This document shows positions 1 through 10,310 of a stretch of DNA of 64,000 nt, in pieces. Under the pieces are notes generated by a model. That model was not told where the DNA came from, searched no databases, and saw only the letters and a program-made list of their open reading frames with translations. Where the stretch lies: positions 62,001 to 126,000 of the forward strand of contig MU063601.1 of assembly GCA_013265495.1 (NCBI GenBank), written 5' to 3'. Numbering within the stretch: position 1 is the first letter of the stretch; each line of letters starts with the position of its first letter. This DNA is from Vicugna vicugna. Lineage: Eukaryota. The translations under genes were made by a program, and so were the position numbers.

Positions 1-1262
1 ATCCACAGAGCGATACCTGCAACTTTAAGAGCTGTTGGGATGGTTAGTTTAACTGTGTATGGGCCCCTCCAAGTGGGTTCAAGGGGCTCCTTTTTCCAAT
101 CTTTTATCTAGACTTGATCTCCCAGCTCGTATGGGTGTAACATTGTTCCCAGTGAGACTGGGATCCTGTCAGTTACCCACCTATGGACTTTCCACATAGA
201 TTTTTTGAGACCCTTCATTTGTTTATGAAGTTTTAAGCTTCCCACCTCTCTAACTTTTTTTCCTAGTAACATCAGGGGAGGGGGTTTCCCATATAAGATT
301 TTAAAAGGGGAGAATCCCGTCTTGGACCAAGGGGCATAGAGTATCCACTGGAGAGCCACGGGCAGAGTGTCAATTTAAGGTAGGTTAGTTTTTCGACCCA
401 GCTTTACCATCTCCTTTTTTAGGGTCTGGCCCATGTGCTGTATTTTTTCCTGAATGCCGTGGCCTGTAGGCTTCATGTAGATTCCAGCAGATGTTTACTT
501 TTTGCCACTTCTTGTACTATTTTTGCTATGAATACAAGTCTGTTGTCTGACCCTATGGTTAATGGCATCCCGAATCTGGGAATAATTTCTCTGTGTAAGG
601 CCTTTGTTAATTCTCTTGTTTCCTCACTCCATGTTGGGTATGCTTTTACCCATCCTGAAAAGGTGTATATAAAAACCAGCAAGTAGTTGTATCCTCTGCT
701 GGGCCCCATTTCTGCAAAACCCATTTCCATATCTTTAAAAGGAGCCTGGCCATAGCATTGGGTTTCTCTTGGTCCAGTTGACCCGCATTGTGCATTATTC
801 TGAGCACATATGAGGCAGCGCTCTGACACTGAGGAACAGAGGGATGGAAGTTGAGGGATCAGACAGTACCATTCTAGCAGGGCCTCTAATGCAGTCTTTC
901 CCAGGTGCATGAGCTCATGTTGTTGAAGGACCACCTGGTGGGCTAATCATTCAGGTATATATACCCGTTTGTCAGGCATCACCCACCATCCTTCCTTTCC
1001 GCTGGATCCTCCCTTTAGTTTTTGCCGTTGAGTTTTCCTCATAGCTGTATGCTGGAGATGTTGGCAGCGGTTTGGGTTTGGGTGCTGGTCGAACCTTTGG
1101 GATGGCCCCAAGATCTCGGGCATGGCCCGATTTACTTGCCACTTTGTGTGTAGCTGGATCTGCTATTTTTTTCTGTTTATGGGGTCATTTTCCTTTATGG
1201 TGTCCTTTATACTGGTTGATTGACATGTCTGTGGGCTCCCAAATTGCCTCTCACCGTAGTAT
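1..1262 (-). pseudogene. pol: Retroviral pol remnant: RNase H C-terminus plus integrase, with stops and frameshifts
   Basis: Manual translation and ORFs 473..934 and 108..359: EAIWEPTDMSINQYKGHHKG (RNase H end), HELMHLG...CLICAQNN (HHCC zinc finger), [72 protein letters not shown] (IN C-terminus). In-frame TAA/TAG/TGA codons and frameshifts present. Confidence 0.93.
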
Positions 1263-2431
1263 AAGGGGGACTTGTCTGGCTTTTGCATCATGGTGGTCGT
1301 AGACATGTTGGTTGGTTTCTTTGCCACGGTTTGCAACCCATGTAGGAGGGCTCTCTGATATGTCTGCAGAGCCTCCCGTTCAACTTGGGTGTTAGAGTTC
1401 CATTCTGGGCTTGTGTCTAGGGCTGCATTCTGGGCCCATTCCTCCACATTGATGGTTTCCTCTGGGGCCTCCTCTTGTAGCCATTTTCTAGTTTCTGTTA
1501 TGATCTGCTTTTTTTTCTTTAGAGCTGAAGGGTGTCAGCAGCAGCTGTTGAATGTCATCCCAAGTGGGCCGGTGTGACTGGAAGATGGACTCTAGGAGGT
1601 CAATCATGGCCTGGGGTTTTTCCCAATGCGGCAGTGTGGTGTCACCAGTTTAGGAGATCCATTGTACTGAAAGGCTGCTAGTACAGGATGGAATGGCCAG
1701 GCTGTATGGGGCCACCACTGTTAACTTGTTTGGGCTCTTGGGTCTCCTGGAAAGGCATCCGGAGGGTGGCCGCTGGCTGGGCGACCTGCAGGACCAAATG
1801 GAGTTTCCTCCCCTTGTGCTCTTGGTCGTTAACGTGTTGGGACCTTGGGTTTCCCAGACAGGCCTCCGGAGAGTGGCCACTGGCTGGGTGGACTGTGGGG
1901 CTGAACAGCGTTTCCACCCCTTGGTGTCTCGGCTAAGAGCCCGAGGCCACCATGGCGGTACAGGCGGTGGTGGACCGTCTGGTAGAGGCAGCTGTAGTGG
2001 AGCTGCAGAAGCAGAAAGAACATTTGGCAGAGGTAGCATTGGCAGTTCTTCAGGATTGCCCCTGAAGGACTGGCCTCATTCTGTCTTTTTTAACCTTTAA
2101 CGTCAGGACCATGAGAATCTTATATTGTCCCTGTCCATTTGCATAGACCCGGACCCATGAAGGCAAGGTTTGGGCGATTGTTAGCCAAGAATCAACATAT
2201 GGGAATTGGTTGTGGTGCCCTGGGGGCGTGGTGATTATCCAGTGTATGCCCCCGACAGCTGACAGGCCTAGTTTACCTTCCGGGGGCCATCCCACTCCAA
2301 AGGTGGGCCACTCTGACTCACATAACGTTTGCAATTTTTGTGGTGTCAATTCCATAGTTTCCTGAGAAACCCTTTTTGAAATTTTTAATCATGCAGTCCA
2401 GAACTGTCAGCTTTGATTTTGAGGATTTCAT
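1263..2431 (-). pseudogene. gag: Retroviral gag remnant (MA, p12, N-terminal CA), truncated at the major homology region
   Basis: ATG at 2431-2429 (MKSSKSKLTVLDCMIKNFKKG); ORF 2050..2355 is MA-like (EWPTFGVGWPPEG, HHNQFPYVDSW); CA motifs QPFSTMDLLNW, KPQAMIDLLESIFQSHRPTWDDIQQLL, PEWNSNT, KKPTNM, QKPDKSP. Several frameshifts and stops. Confidence 0.92.
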
Positions 2432-3714
2432 TACTATTTGTTGACAGATTTTATGGTCTATAGGTGTGCGTCTGCTTTTGGCACTGAGGACTGTGACCCC
2501 AGAATCTTTGTCCCACTCCTCAAAACAGTGGAGTTCTCAAAAAGCTAGCTGCCTCACTGGGCCTAACATCTATCCGCTTGGCTGCAAGTGCTGCCAATGA
2601 GTTTCCACATTAGGCAGGTAACCCTGAGATTCCCTCTGGCCTGGATGAGCTCTAGGGGTCTCTGTATAGTCTTTTTATAGCCTGAATTGACAAAATATGA
2701 GGCCAGGATGGCTGGCTGGTGGTAGAATAAATGAACCAAAATAAGGGGGGCCACAAAAGAGTTCCAGCCAGTCCTGGGTTGGCTCCCTCTGGCTCAGATC
2801 TTGTGGTCTTAACTTTACACAGAGAAGTATATTGAGACTGATTAATCACAACAGGATATTCTGGGGGACTGGTGACAAGATTGTGTCAACCTCTTTAACA
2901 TAGTCTCATCTTAGTCCCTAAGAGCACAGGAGTCGTTTACTCATAAGCTGTTCTATGTCCCTTTCCCTCCCTGTATAGCCACCCTGTGCCGGTGTTGCAA
3001 ACGAGACAAAGGGAGGGTTTTCGCTGCGTCCACCTGGCCGCTCCTCTCACGGGGACGAAGGTGCCTCCTAACTTTGATCAGTATAAACTGCTGACTCCAA
3101 TCGATACCCCGAGGGGCCAATACCGCCACGAGCCATATGAGGTCACCACAGAACCACAGGTTGAGACTCACTCGAACTCCGTAGCAGAATGCCATAGAGC
3201 TACAAACTCGAACCTGATCACATGCTTTTCAGGACACACACACACACACACACACAGAGATTATTTGCACACTCCCTATCACCAGGGTGTCCCTTACCTA
3301 ACCTAATCTAACCAGACCTCCCCGTCAGACTACCATCAGGCAGGGAGCATAACCAGATCTTCCCGCCCAGGCAGGGAGCATAACCAGATCTCCCCGTCGA
3401 ACTACCGTCAGGTGGGGAGCCTGGAGGAGGTGATCAGTCTTCTCTCCCGTCCACTTGGACAGAACCTGATCACCTTAACCTAACTATGGACGCTTCCGGG
3501 AACTCCTACCTTATTCGGCCATGTTGCTTGGTGAGTTGGTCCTTCCTTCTACTGAGTCTGGTTGGGGCACAGCCACCCAGAGAACTGAACTAACTCCGTG
3601 AAGAAAGATCTGGAATACCGTCGGGTGGCACGCCTCCTCGTTCGCTTTCGGAGCCCCTGAACTCCAGGCGGTTGCTCCACCATCCCGCTGGCTCAAGGGG
3701 CCGGAGTGGTTGGA

Positions 3715-3732
3715 GTCTTGATGAGGCCTCCA
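3715..3732 (-). promoter_or_regulatory. Primer-binding site, degenerate, closest to tRNA-Gln type
   Basis: - strand TGGAGGCCTCATCAAGAC starts 4 nt after the LTR terminal CA; about 11-12 of 18 match the Gln PBS TGGAGGTYCCACCGAGAT as I recall it. Confidence 0.55.
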
Positions 3733-3736
3733 GAAA

Positions 3737-4309
3737 TGTTGCTGAAAAATATGTTACAGCTCCGTGTTATAGCTCAGTTGTGACAGCAACCTGGAGCTGG
3801 GCCAGAAACCAAGCAGCACTCAAAGAGTTGGAGAACTCAAATTTATTACACCACCAAGCCAAGAAAAATTAACACTTCATGCTCTGGAGGGTTCATAGAG
3901 TTAGACAGGCCTTTTATAGGCTGCCAGTTTTACACTTTACAACATCATATGCAAATAAAGTACAACAGAAGTTGACCAACCAGGGACAAGCTTTGTAGAA
4001 ATAGGCCAATCAGGAGTGAGCTCCATGCAAATGAAGTACTACAAATGGGCCAATCGGAAGTTAGGCAAGTGACCAATCAGAAATGAGAGTAATAACCAAT
4101 CAGGAGTGAAGGAAATAACCAATCAGGAGTGAAGGAAATAACCAATCAGAAGTGAGCTCAGGGAACCAGTAGAATTTTAGATGTAAGTTAAACGCTTTAG
4201 AGGCAAAAAGTGAAATAGAGCCTCTGGGCCAGGGAACCGGACGGTGCCGGGTGGAGAGCAGTATCCCTGCCCAGGGGTCTTGCCAGTCTTTATGGGGCTT
4301 CCCGCCTCA
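3737..4309 (-). mobile_element. 5' LTR of the ERV (~573 bp)
   Basis: - strand begins TGAGGCGGGAAG and ends GCAACA; TATA box (CCTATAAAAG, ~3911-3920) and AATAAA (~3842-3847) lie in U3-R-U5 order; PBS follows. Confidence 0.85.
4045..4165. repeat. 23-bp tandem array of CCAAT boxes in LTR U3
   Basis: CCAAT on the + strand at 4050, 4073, 4096, 4119, 4142 (exact 23-bp period; unit ~TAACCAATCAGGAGTGAAGGAAA), plus another at 4006. Confidence 0.95.
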
Positions 4310-4807
4310 AAATAGTATAGAGAGGGCTAGAAGACTCACAGCAAGCAAGAAAGAACACTGGCTTTGACAAAATCAATATGCTACCCCAAAGGAAGTCACT
4401 TTGAGCAGGAGGATGCTGGAAAGAGTGTGATGATTTTGTACCTATACAGCTAACATGTCCTGAGCACCTTTTAGGTGCTCAGGCTCAGGTGATGGCTGGA
4501 CTCTACCTATCATACTGACAAGATCAGTGTTATTAATGTTTTCTTAGAGAGGGAGACTGAAGCTCAAAGAAGAATTAACTACCCCTGGGCCACACAATGG
4601 AAGTAATGGAACTAGGATTCCAAACCAGGTTTGTGTAATCCTAAAGGCCTCCCCACTTTCCACCTTAACAGTGTCTGTGCTGGAGTGTGCACTGATGGCT
4701 CTGTAACAATAATATGAACATCTGCCATATTGTGAGCACTTTATGGGCACTAAATACTGTGCTAAATGGTTTATGTATGTTAATTTCATATTATGACACC
4801 CTTTTAA

Positions 4808-4874
4808 TTAATTAATTAATTAATTAATTTTTAGTTCAAGTGTTGTCCATTACAATGTGTCAGTTTCTGGTGTT
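4808..4874 (-). mobile_element. Very short 5'-truncated L1 3' tail
   Basis: Reverse complement of the L1 3' end motif CCAGAAACTGACACATTGTAA; flanked by TTATGACACCnTTTTAA at 4791-4807 and 4875-4891; tail decayed to (TTAA)n. Confidence 0.75.
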
Positions 4875-4889
4875 TTATGACACCGTTTT

Positions 4890-4990
4890 AAGTGGGTATG
4901 ATTAATCCTATTTTACAGATGGGAAAACTGAAGCTCAGAGAGGTTAAGTGACATGCCCAAAGTCACACAGCTAGAAAATGGTTGAAGTGG
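4890..4990 (-). mobile_element. MIR SINE
   Basis: ATTTTACAGATGGGAAAACTGAAGCTCAGAGAGGTTAAGTGACATGCCCAAAGTCACACAGCTAG is the MIR core in reverse. Many more MIR fragments in the window are not listed individually. Confidence 0.85.
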
Positions 4991-7639
4991 CCTATATATG
5001 AAGCTGGGGATTTCTCTTGCCTCTCAGGAATTTCTTAAAAGAAATTTCTACTTGGAACCCAATAGGTGACCAGCTAGTGCTCCAAAGCTTTAAGACATTA
5101 ACTGGATCACATACAATACTACATACTTCCTGGGTGATTTTCAGCAGCTCAAATGCCAAGCTTCTGGTGGCAGACTCCCTGTATAGCATCAGTGTCGCTT
5201 CAAGGCTGCTCTGTTCCATTACAGCTCTTTCTCTTTATCACATTCCTTGTTTCACTCCAGGGGTTGAGGACAGTGTGGCTTTTGAACTTGCTTTTCATCA
5301 GAGATAGAGAAAGCCTTTGCCTTCATTGTTTGAAGTGTTTGGGCAGAACTGGGCACTTGGGGCTAGCCAGCACCGCTCCCTGGCAGTGCTGGTGGCCAGC
5401 ATCCCTTTTCCTGTCTGAACTCGGTGGGAAGAGGCTGGCTGGGTCAATAGAGGCATCCACCAGGCTGTCAGGGGCTGCGAGACAGCTCTGATTCTCTCTC
5501 AGAACCTTTGCTGTGGTCTGGGCAAGACCTAGTGAGGGCATGATCTTGGTGACAGCAGCCTGGGTGGGGAGGGGGCAGACGTGGAGATTTCCCTGCAGGG
5601 TTCTGGGCAGAAATGGGGGCGGCTGGGTGGGAGGAGGAGATGGGCTGACTCTGTGATTGGTCAGCCCCAGCAAGGAGGGTGCAGAAGGCCAAGTATCTCT
5701 CCCCCTTAGTCGTCAGTCAGAGGGCCTCAGGGGAAATGTCAGCCTTCCTGATTTGATATCATTTCGAGCCCCTGCTGTATAATTGAGCGATTCTCTCTAT
5801 ACATGGTCAGCAGCAGATTTTTCTCAAGGTGAATGCAATTAGGCCTTCATCCCCATCTCCCCCTACCGCTGGAAAGAAAAAGAAGATGGAAGGGAAGCAT
5901 CTCTGCTTCTGCCAAGGTCGCCCAGGGTGCCCTGGCCTGTCCTGGTAATTGGCTCCCCCACCTGCTCACACCTTTCACAGGTTGTCCCCATCTTAGGCAT
6001 TTTGGTGTCCCTGAGGACTGAGGCAGTGAAGAGGGGCAGGAGCTGCTGCCTTTACACTTCTCTCCAGAACAAGAAAGAGGGCATCTCACCCTGCCCTGGG
6101 CAGAGCATTCATTAGCTGGAATGCTGAGAGCCAGGCCTGAGCAGCACGCACAGGTGGGGCTCAGCTGCTCCCTCCTCTCTCTGGAATAGTCAAAAACAGG
6201 CAGGAGAAAACTCTTTGGAAGGTGGAAGAATTTATTTGTTAGGTTAATAGCTATGCCGAGCACTCTGCTAGGGGTTCTTAGTCCCTGTCATCTTGGAGCT
6301 AAGGAGAGCACAGTGGGTACAGGAGGTAGAGGGATGGAAGAGGTAGGGAGCAGGAAATTACAAAGGTCTGAATGTCATAACAGAGGAGGGCAGGATACCG
6401 TGGGGACCTGATCTACCATAGAAGTCTGGGAAGGCTGCTTGGAGGAAGAGGCTTTTGGAAAAGGGATAAAATCTCATGATAAAACATTTAAAGGTAAAAA
6501 GGGTAAAAATTGCAAACAGAATCTTCTGATTATCACCCCCTGCCCAGGAATAACAGCTGTTAATATAGCGTTTGTAACTTTCCAGGAATTTTCCATACGT
6601 AGCCAAGTGTAAATACGTATATATGGCACCCTTTTAAAAAATGGGATTCTATTAAGCACTTATTCTGCCAGTTACTTTTTTAACTACACAATATATCCAG
6701 TGCCTCTCTCCATATCAGCAGAGAGAGCTTCACCCCATTCCTTTCGAAAGCTGTGTGTGGTATGAGGAAGTGATTTTTTGAAAGGGAAAACCTGAAGAAT
6801 GAGTGAGATTAGGAAGGCAAAGGGATAGTGCTCTAAGGAATAGTCTGGGAAAACAAAAACAACATAGATCTCCCTAACTATACCTTCTAACGTCTTCCTC
6901 CTGTTTTCAGACCTCCCTCCCTCTCCCTGCTGCCACATTTTTTTCCCACTCTAATTTGCAAAGCAATTCAGCTCCTTCCTTTTGTCTAGCCTAGCCCCAG
7001 GGAGCTTCATTCTTCATGCCAAAGCAACTTATTAAGTATTTTCCTAAACAAAGATCCCTGTACGCAGAGAAAAATTATGCCACTCCCCTAACAGACAAAA
7101 GAAGCTGCAGGCCGTTGTGGTTTTAAATAGCGATTAAGGGGGGAAAAGTTTGTTACATGAAGCACCTGGCAGTTCAGAAATGATGGTTGTTTGTTACTAT
7201 TATTAGTTTGCATGTGCTGATGGATGAGTTGGCTGCTGCAAGAATGCTTCCTTCATCCTGGGGGACTCACCTCTTGGTTTTTAAGGACAGCTTTTAAGGA
7301 CAAAGATGGTGTTTTGTCTTCAAACTCCCAGCTCTCAGCACAGGGCCTGGCACAGAGCAGACATGCAGGAAATGAGTGTTAAGTTGAACACTCAGGGGCT
7401 GGAGTGTGCTGCTATGAACAGATGCTGAGTCATGGATCTGAACCCCAATGTAGATGCTTTGGAACAGTAGAGATAAAAATCAAAAAAGGACTTCTGGCCC
7501 TGGGGGACTTTACCATAAAGCTGGATCTTGTGAAATGTCATATTCTATCACAAATGGCAAAATACTGATAGTCCCTGGATCAGTGCTATAGCTTCTTTTG
7601 TCTTTTGGAGGAGGGGCTAAGCTTCCCTCTCCACTTTTA

Positions 7640-8395
7640 GGTATAAAGTAGATACAGTAATGAGCACAAATCTTCAATGAACAACTGGATGAAGTTTTAG
7701 ACATGTATACACCTTTATAACGATCATCCAGGTCCAGATACAAAACATTTTCAGCACCCTGGCAGGCCTCCTGTGGCCCCCTTTCAGGTGCATCCTCTCC
7801 CACAATAGAAACAACTATTTCTGATCTCTGTTACTATCAACTAGTTATACCTGTTTTTGAGCTTTTTAATAAATGAAATCACACAGTCTGGCTTCTTTAC
7901 TCAACATTATACCTGAAGGGTTTATCCATGCCAGTACTTAGCTCTTTTTCCTGTGTGTGGTATAGTATTGTATTGAGTGAACATATAACAGTGGATGTTT
8001 GGTTTGTTTCCAGCTTTTGGCTCTTCAGAATAATGCTGTTAATGAACATTCTTTCACACATCTCTTGGGGGAGTTTTAAGCACTTATTTCTCTTGGCTGT
8101 ATGTTTGCCAGTAGGATTGCTGGGTCACATAGGATACATATGTTTCACTTCAATAAATACTGCCAGTTTCCCAACCTGGTTGTGCCAATTTACACCCCTC
8201 TTAGTCGTGAATGGGAGTTCTGTTTGTTCTGCATCCTTGCTAATACCTGTCATTTTCAGTCCTTTTAATTTCAGCCATTCTGGTAGATATATAGTGGTAG
8301 CTCATTGCGTTTACCCTAATAAGTAATGATGTTTTCATACGCTTATTTTCTGTGCTTATTGGCCATGTGGTTGTCCTTTTCAAAGAGTCTGTTCA
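7640..8395 (-). mobile_element. Old L1 (L1M-type) 3' region
   Basis: Typical antisense L1M 3' text (TGGCTTCTTTACTCAACAT, TTTGGTTTGTTTCCAGCTTTTGG, GGATTGCTGGGTCA, TTTAATTTCAGCCATTCTGGTAG). Confidence 0.75.
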
Positions 8396-8504
8396 TGTAT
8401 GATTGAAACATTGTGCTGAAACCAGAAATTGACACATTGTAAACTGACTATACTTCAACAAACAAAACAAAAACTTCTGGAAGCATACACACACACACAC
8501 ACAC
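8396..8504 (+). mobile_element. Short young L1 3' tail with A-rich and (CA)n tail
   Basis: CCAGAAATTGACACATTGTAAACTGACTATACTTCAA then an A-rich tail; TSD AGTCTGTTCA at 8386-8395 and 8505-8514. Confidence 0.8.
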
Positions 8505-9019
8505 AGTCTGTTCAACGTTGATGCTATTGCCCACGGGTGTCTTCGCCCACACTTCAGTGACCATCCCTGTGTTGACCACATCCTTGTGCTGCCCCAAGAG
8601 ATTCTGCTACTAAACTCCACACCACATATCACGGGCTCTTTGATCTTCCTAACAGCATGACCCTCATGTGCCTCAAAATCAACATCCCAGACTGAAACCG
8701 TCTCCTCTGAGCCCCAAATCCACTTCCCTGTTTTTCTGCTCAGGCTCAGTTCATGATCCGGTCCATCATCTTCATTCTCATGGTCCTGTCCCTCTTAATG
8801 TTCAGGCCACAATCTCACATATCTCAAACTTGTGCAACCTGTTTCCTCCTTTCCCCACCCCATGCGCCTCCTTGTCCTGAGATCTCCTCCAGTTTCGGCT
8901 CACAGTCACTTCCTCTGGGTGAGGTATTTCCCATGCTCTTCCCCAGCTAGTCCCCTCCTCCACGTCATTTATCACACTGTGTTATAATTAACAGGATCAT
9001 TGTCTGGATCCCTGGATCT

Positions 9020-9665
9020 GACATCTGTTGTTTTTGCCTGCTCAGCATTCACTCCCCACTTCTAAGATAGTACTCCAATTTCCCCTGGGAACCATCCCTC
9101 CATTCTCAATCTGTGTGGTCTGGTAGGGCTGCATTGGAGGGTGTGCCTATCACCCAGGCCTGGCTAGTCAGCATATTCCACCCTTTAGCCCATAACTGGG
9201 TCAATATTAAGCCTGGTATCAAGGTAGCTGATACCAGAGCCAATCTTAGGATTTTTATTAGAACAACCAGGAAAGAAATATTCTTTTTCTAGGGGATGGG
9301 GCGAGGGGGTTTACTGGCACGCTGAGAAAGCCTGGAACCTCCTCATGCCACCACAGAGAGACAGGCTGCCTGAGAATGGAGGGAACCCAGAAGAGAGCAA
9401 GGTCAAAGTAGGAAGAGACTGACTTTTTAAAACAAATTTTTAAAATGGAAGTATTGGGGATTGAACCTAGACCTTGTACATGCTAAGCATGTGCTCTCCC
9501 ACTGAGCTATATCCTCCCCCATCACTGACATTTTTGAGCTCCTCGATCAACCAGCCTGAAGCGCATCCTACCAATCAACTTTTCAATTAGGTAAGTCAAT
9601 AAATTCCCCTTCGCTTAAGCCAGTTTGAATTGGTTTCAGTCACTTGCAACTAAAAATGTGCCAAT
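9020..9665 (+). mobile_element. MLT1-type MaLR solo LTR interrupted by a SINE
   Basis: MLT1-like text ending AATAAATTCCCCTT...CTTAAGCCAGTTTGAATTGG...CACTTGCAACTAAAA. Confidence 0.7.
9424..9523 (-). mobile_element. tRNA-Ala-derived SINE (Vic-1-like)
   Basis: Reverse tRNA-like head (GGGGATTGAACCTAG...CACTGAGCTATATCCTCCCCC), T-rich tail, ACTGAC duplicated at 9418-9423 and 9524-9529. Confidence 0.85.
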
Positions 9666-10157
9666 ACACTCCCCGACTATACTGCAAACTCTGTGAAGGC
9701 AGCAGTGCCTGGCAGAGAACAGGAATTTAGCAAGTAGGGGTTTAAGGAAGGAAAAGAAGAGGACTTCTCTTCACTTTGCTAGGTCCTTCCTCTGGACTTC
9801 CCCTGCCAGTTGATGCTCCAGAGCCATCCTCAAGTTTACCATTGCTGGTCTGAGGGTCGCTCACTTGTTCTTGGCCATGGATCTCTGTTCTCTGATTCCT
9901 CTTTAAACTTACCTGCCTGTCTCATTAGACACGCTGATGGCTGTTCCTCAGCTGTCCAGGTTTTCTTTGCTGGTCAGTCCAACCAGCCACACATTCCAGG
10001 TGGGAGATCTCTCCTCCACATTACTGGAGCACATAAATTCTACCAAAAAGGCACTCTGCCACAGCATTTTTTTCATTTTTAGTGATTTGGTGGGTCTTCT
10101 AATAATCTTCACTTAGCTTTATTGTCAAACTACAGAGTAGCAATTGTTAAATGCAAA

Positions 10158-10310
10158 AGTTTGAATCCCAGCACAACCTCTTACCAGCTGTGTGACTTTG
10201 AGGAAGTTTCTTAACCTCTCTGTGCCTCAGTTTCCCCATCGATAAAATGGAGATTCTAACAGTACTTATTACTTTATTGTTTTTTTGTGAGAATTACATG
10301 AGTAGAGTTG
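10158..10310 (+). mobile_element. MIR SINE
   Basis: TTTGAATCCCAGC...CAGCTGTGTGACTTTGAGGAAGTTTCTTAACCTCTCTGTGCCTCAGTTTCCCCATC matches the MIR core. Confidence 0.85.

Larger units (their letters stand above)
1..4309 (-). mobile_element. Endogenous retrovirus, class I gamma-like (ERV1), 5' part, internally deleted and defective; continues beyond the left edge
   Basis: On the - strand in order: LTR (4309-3737), PBS, leader, gag MA/p12/CA remnants, RNase H C-terminus, integrase. Gag start LDCMIKNFKKGFSGNYG...LTPQKLQTLCESEWPTFGVGWPPEG resembles HERV-E-like gamma Gag as I recall it. Confidence 0.95.

Noticed and set aside
4045-4165. Regularly spaced repeats resembling a CRISPR array
   Set aside because: Units are contiguous with no unique spacers, inside a mammalian LTR; no cas genes.
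4459-4483. Perfect 11-bp hairpin CCTGAGCACCT-TTT-AGGTGCTCAGG
   Set aside because: Isolated, too short for a pre-miRNA, and similar to the common TGAGCACCTACTATGTGCCAGG repeat-derived motif.
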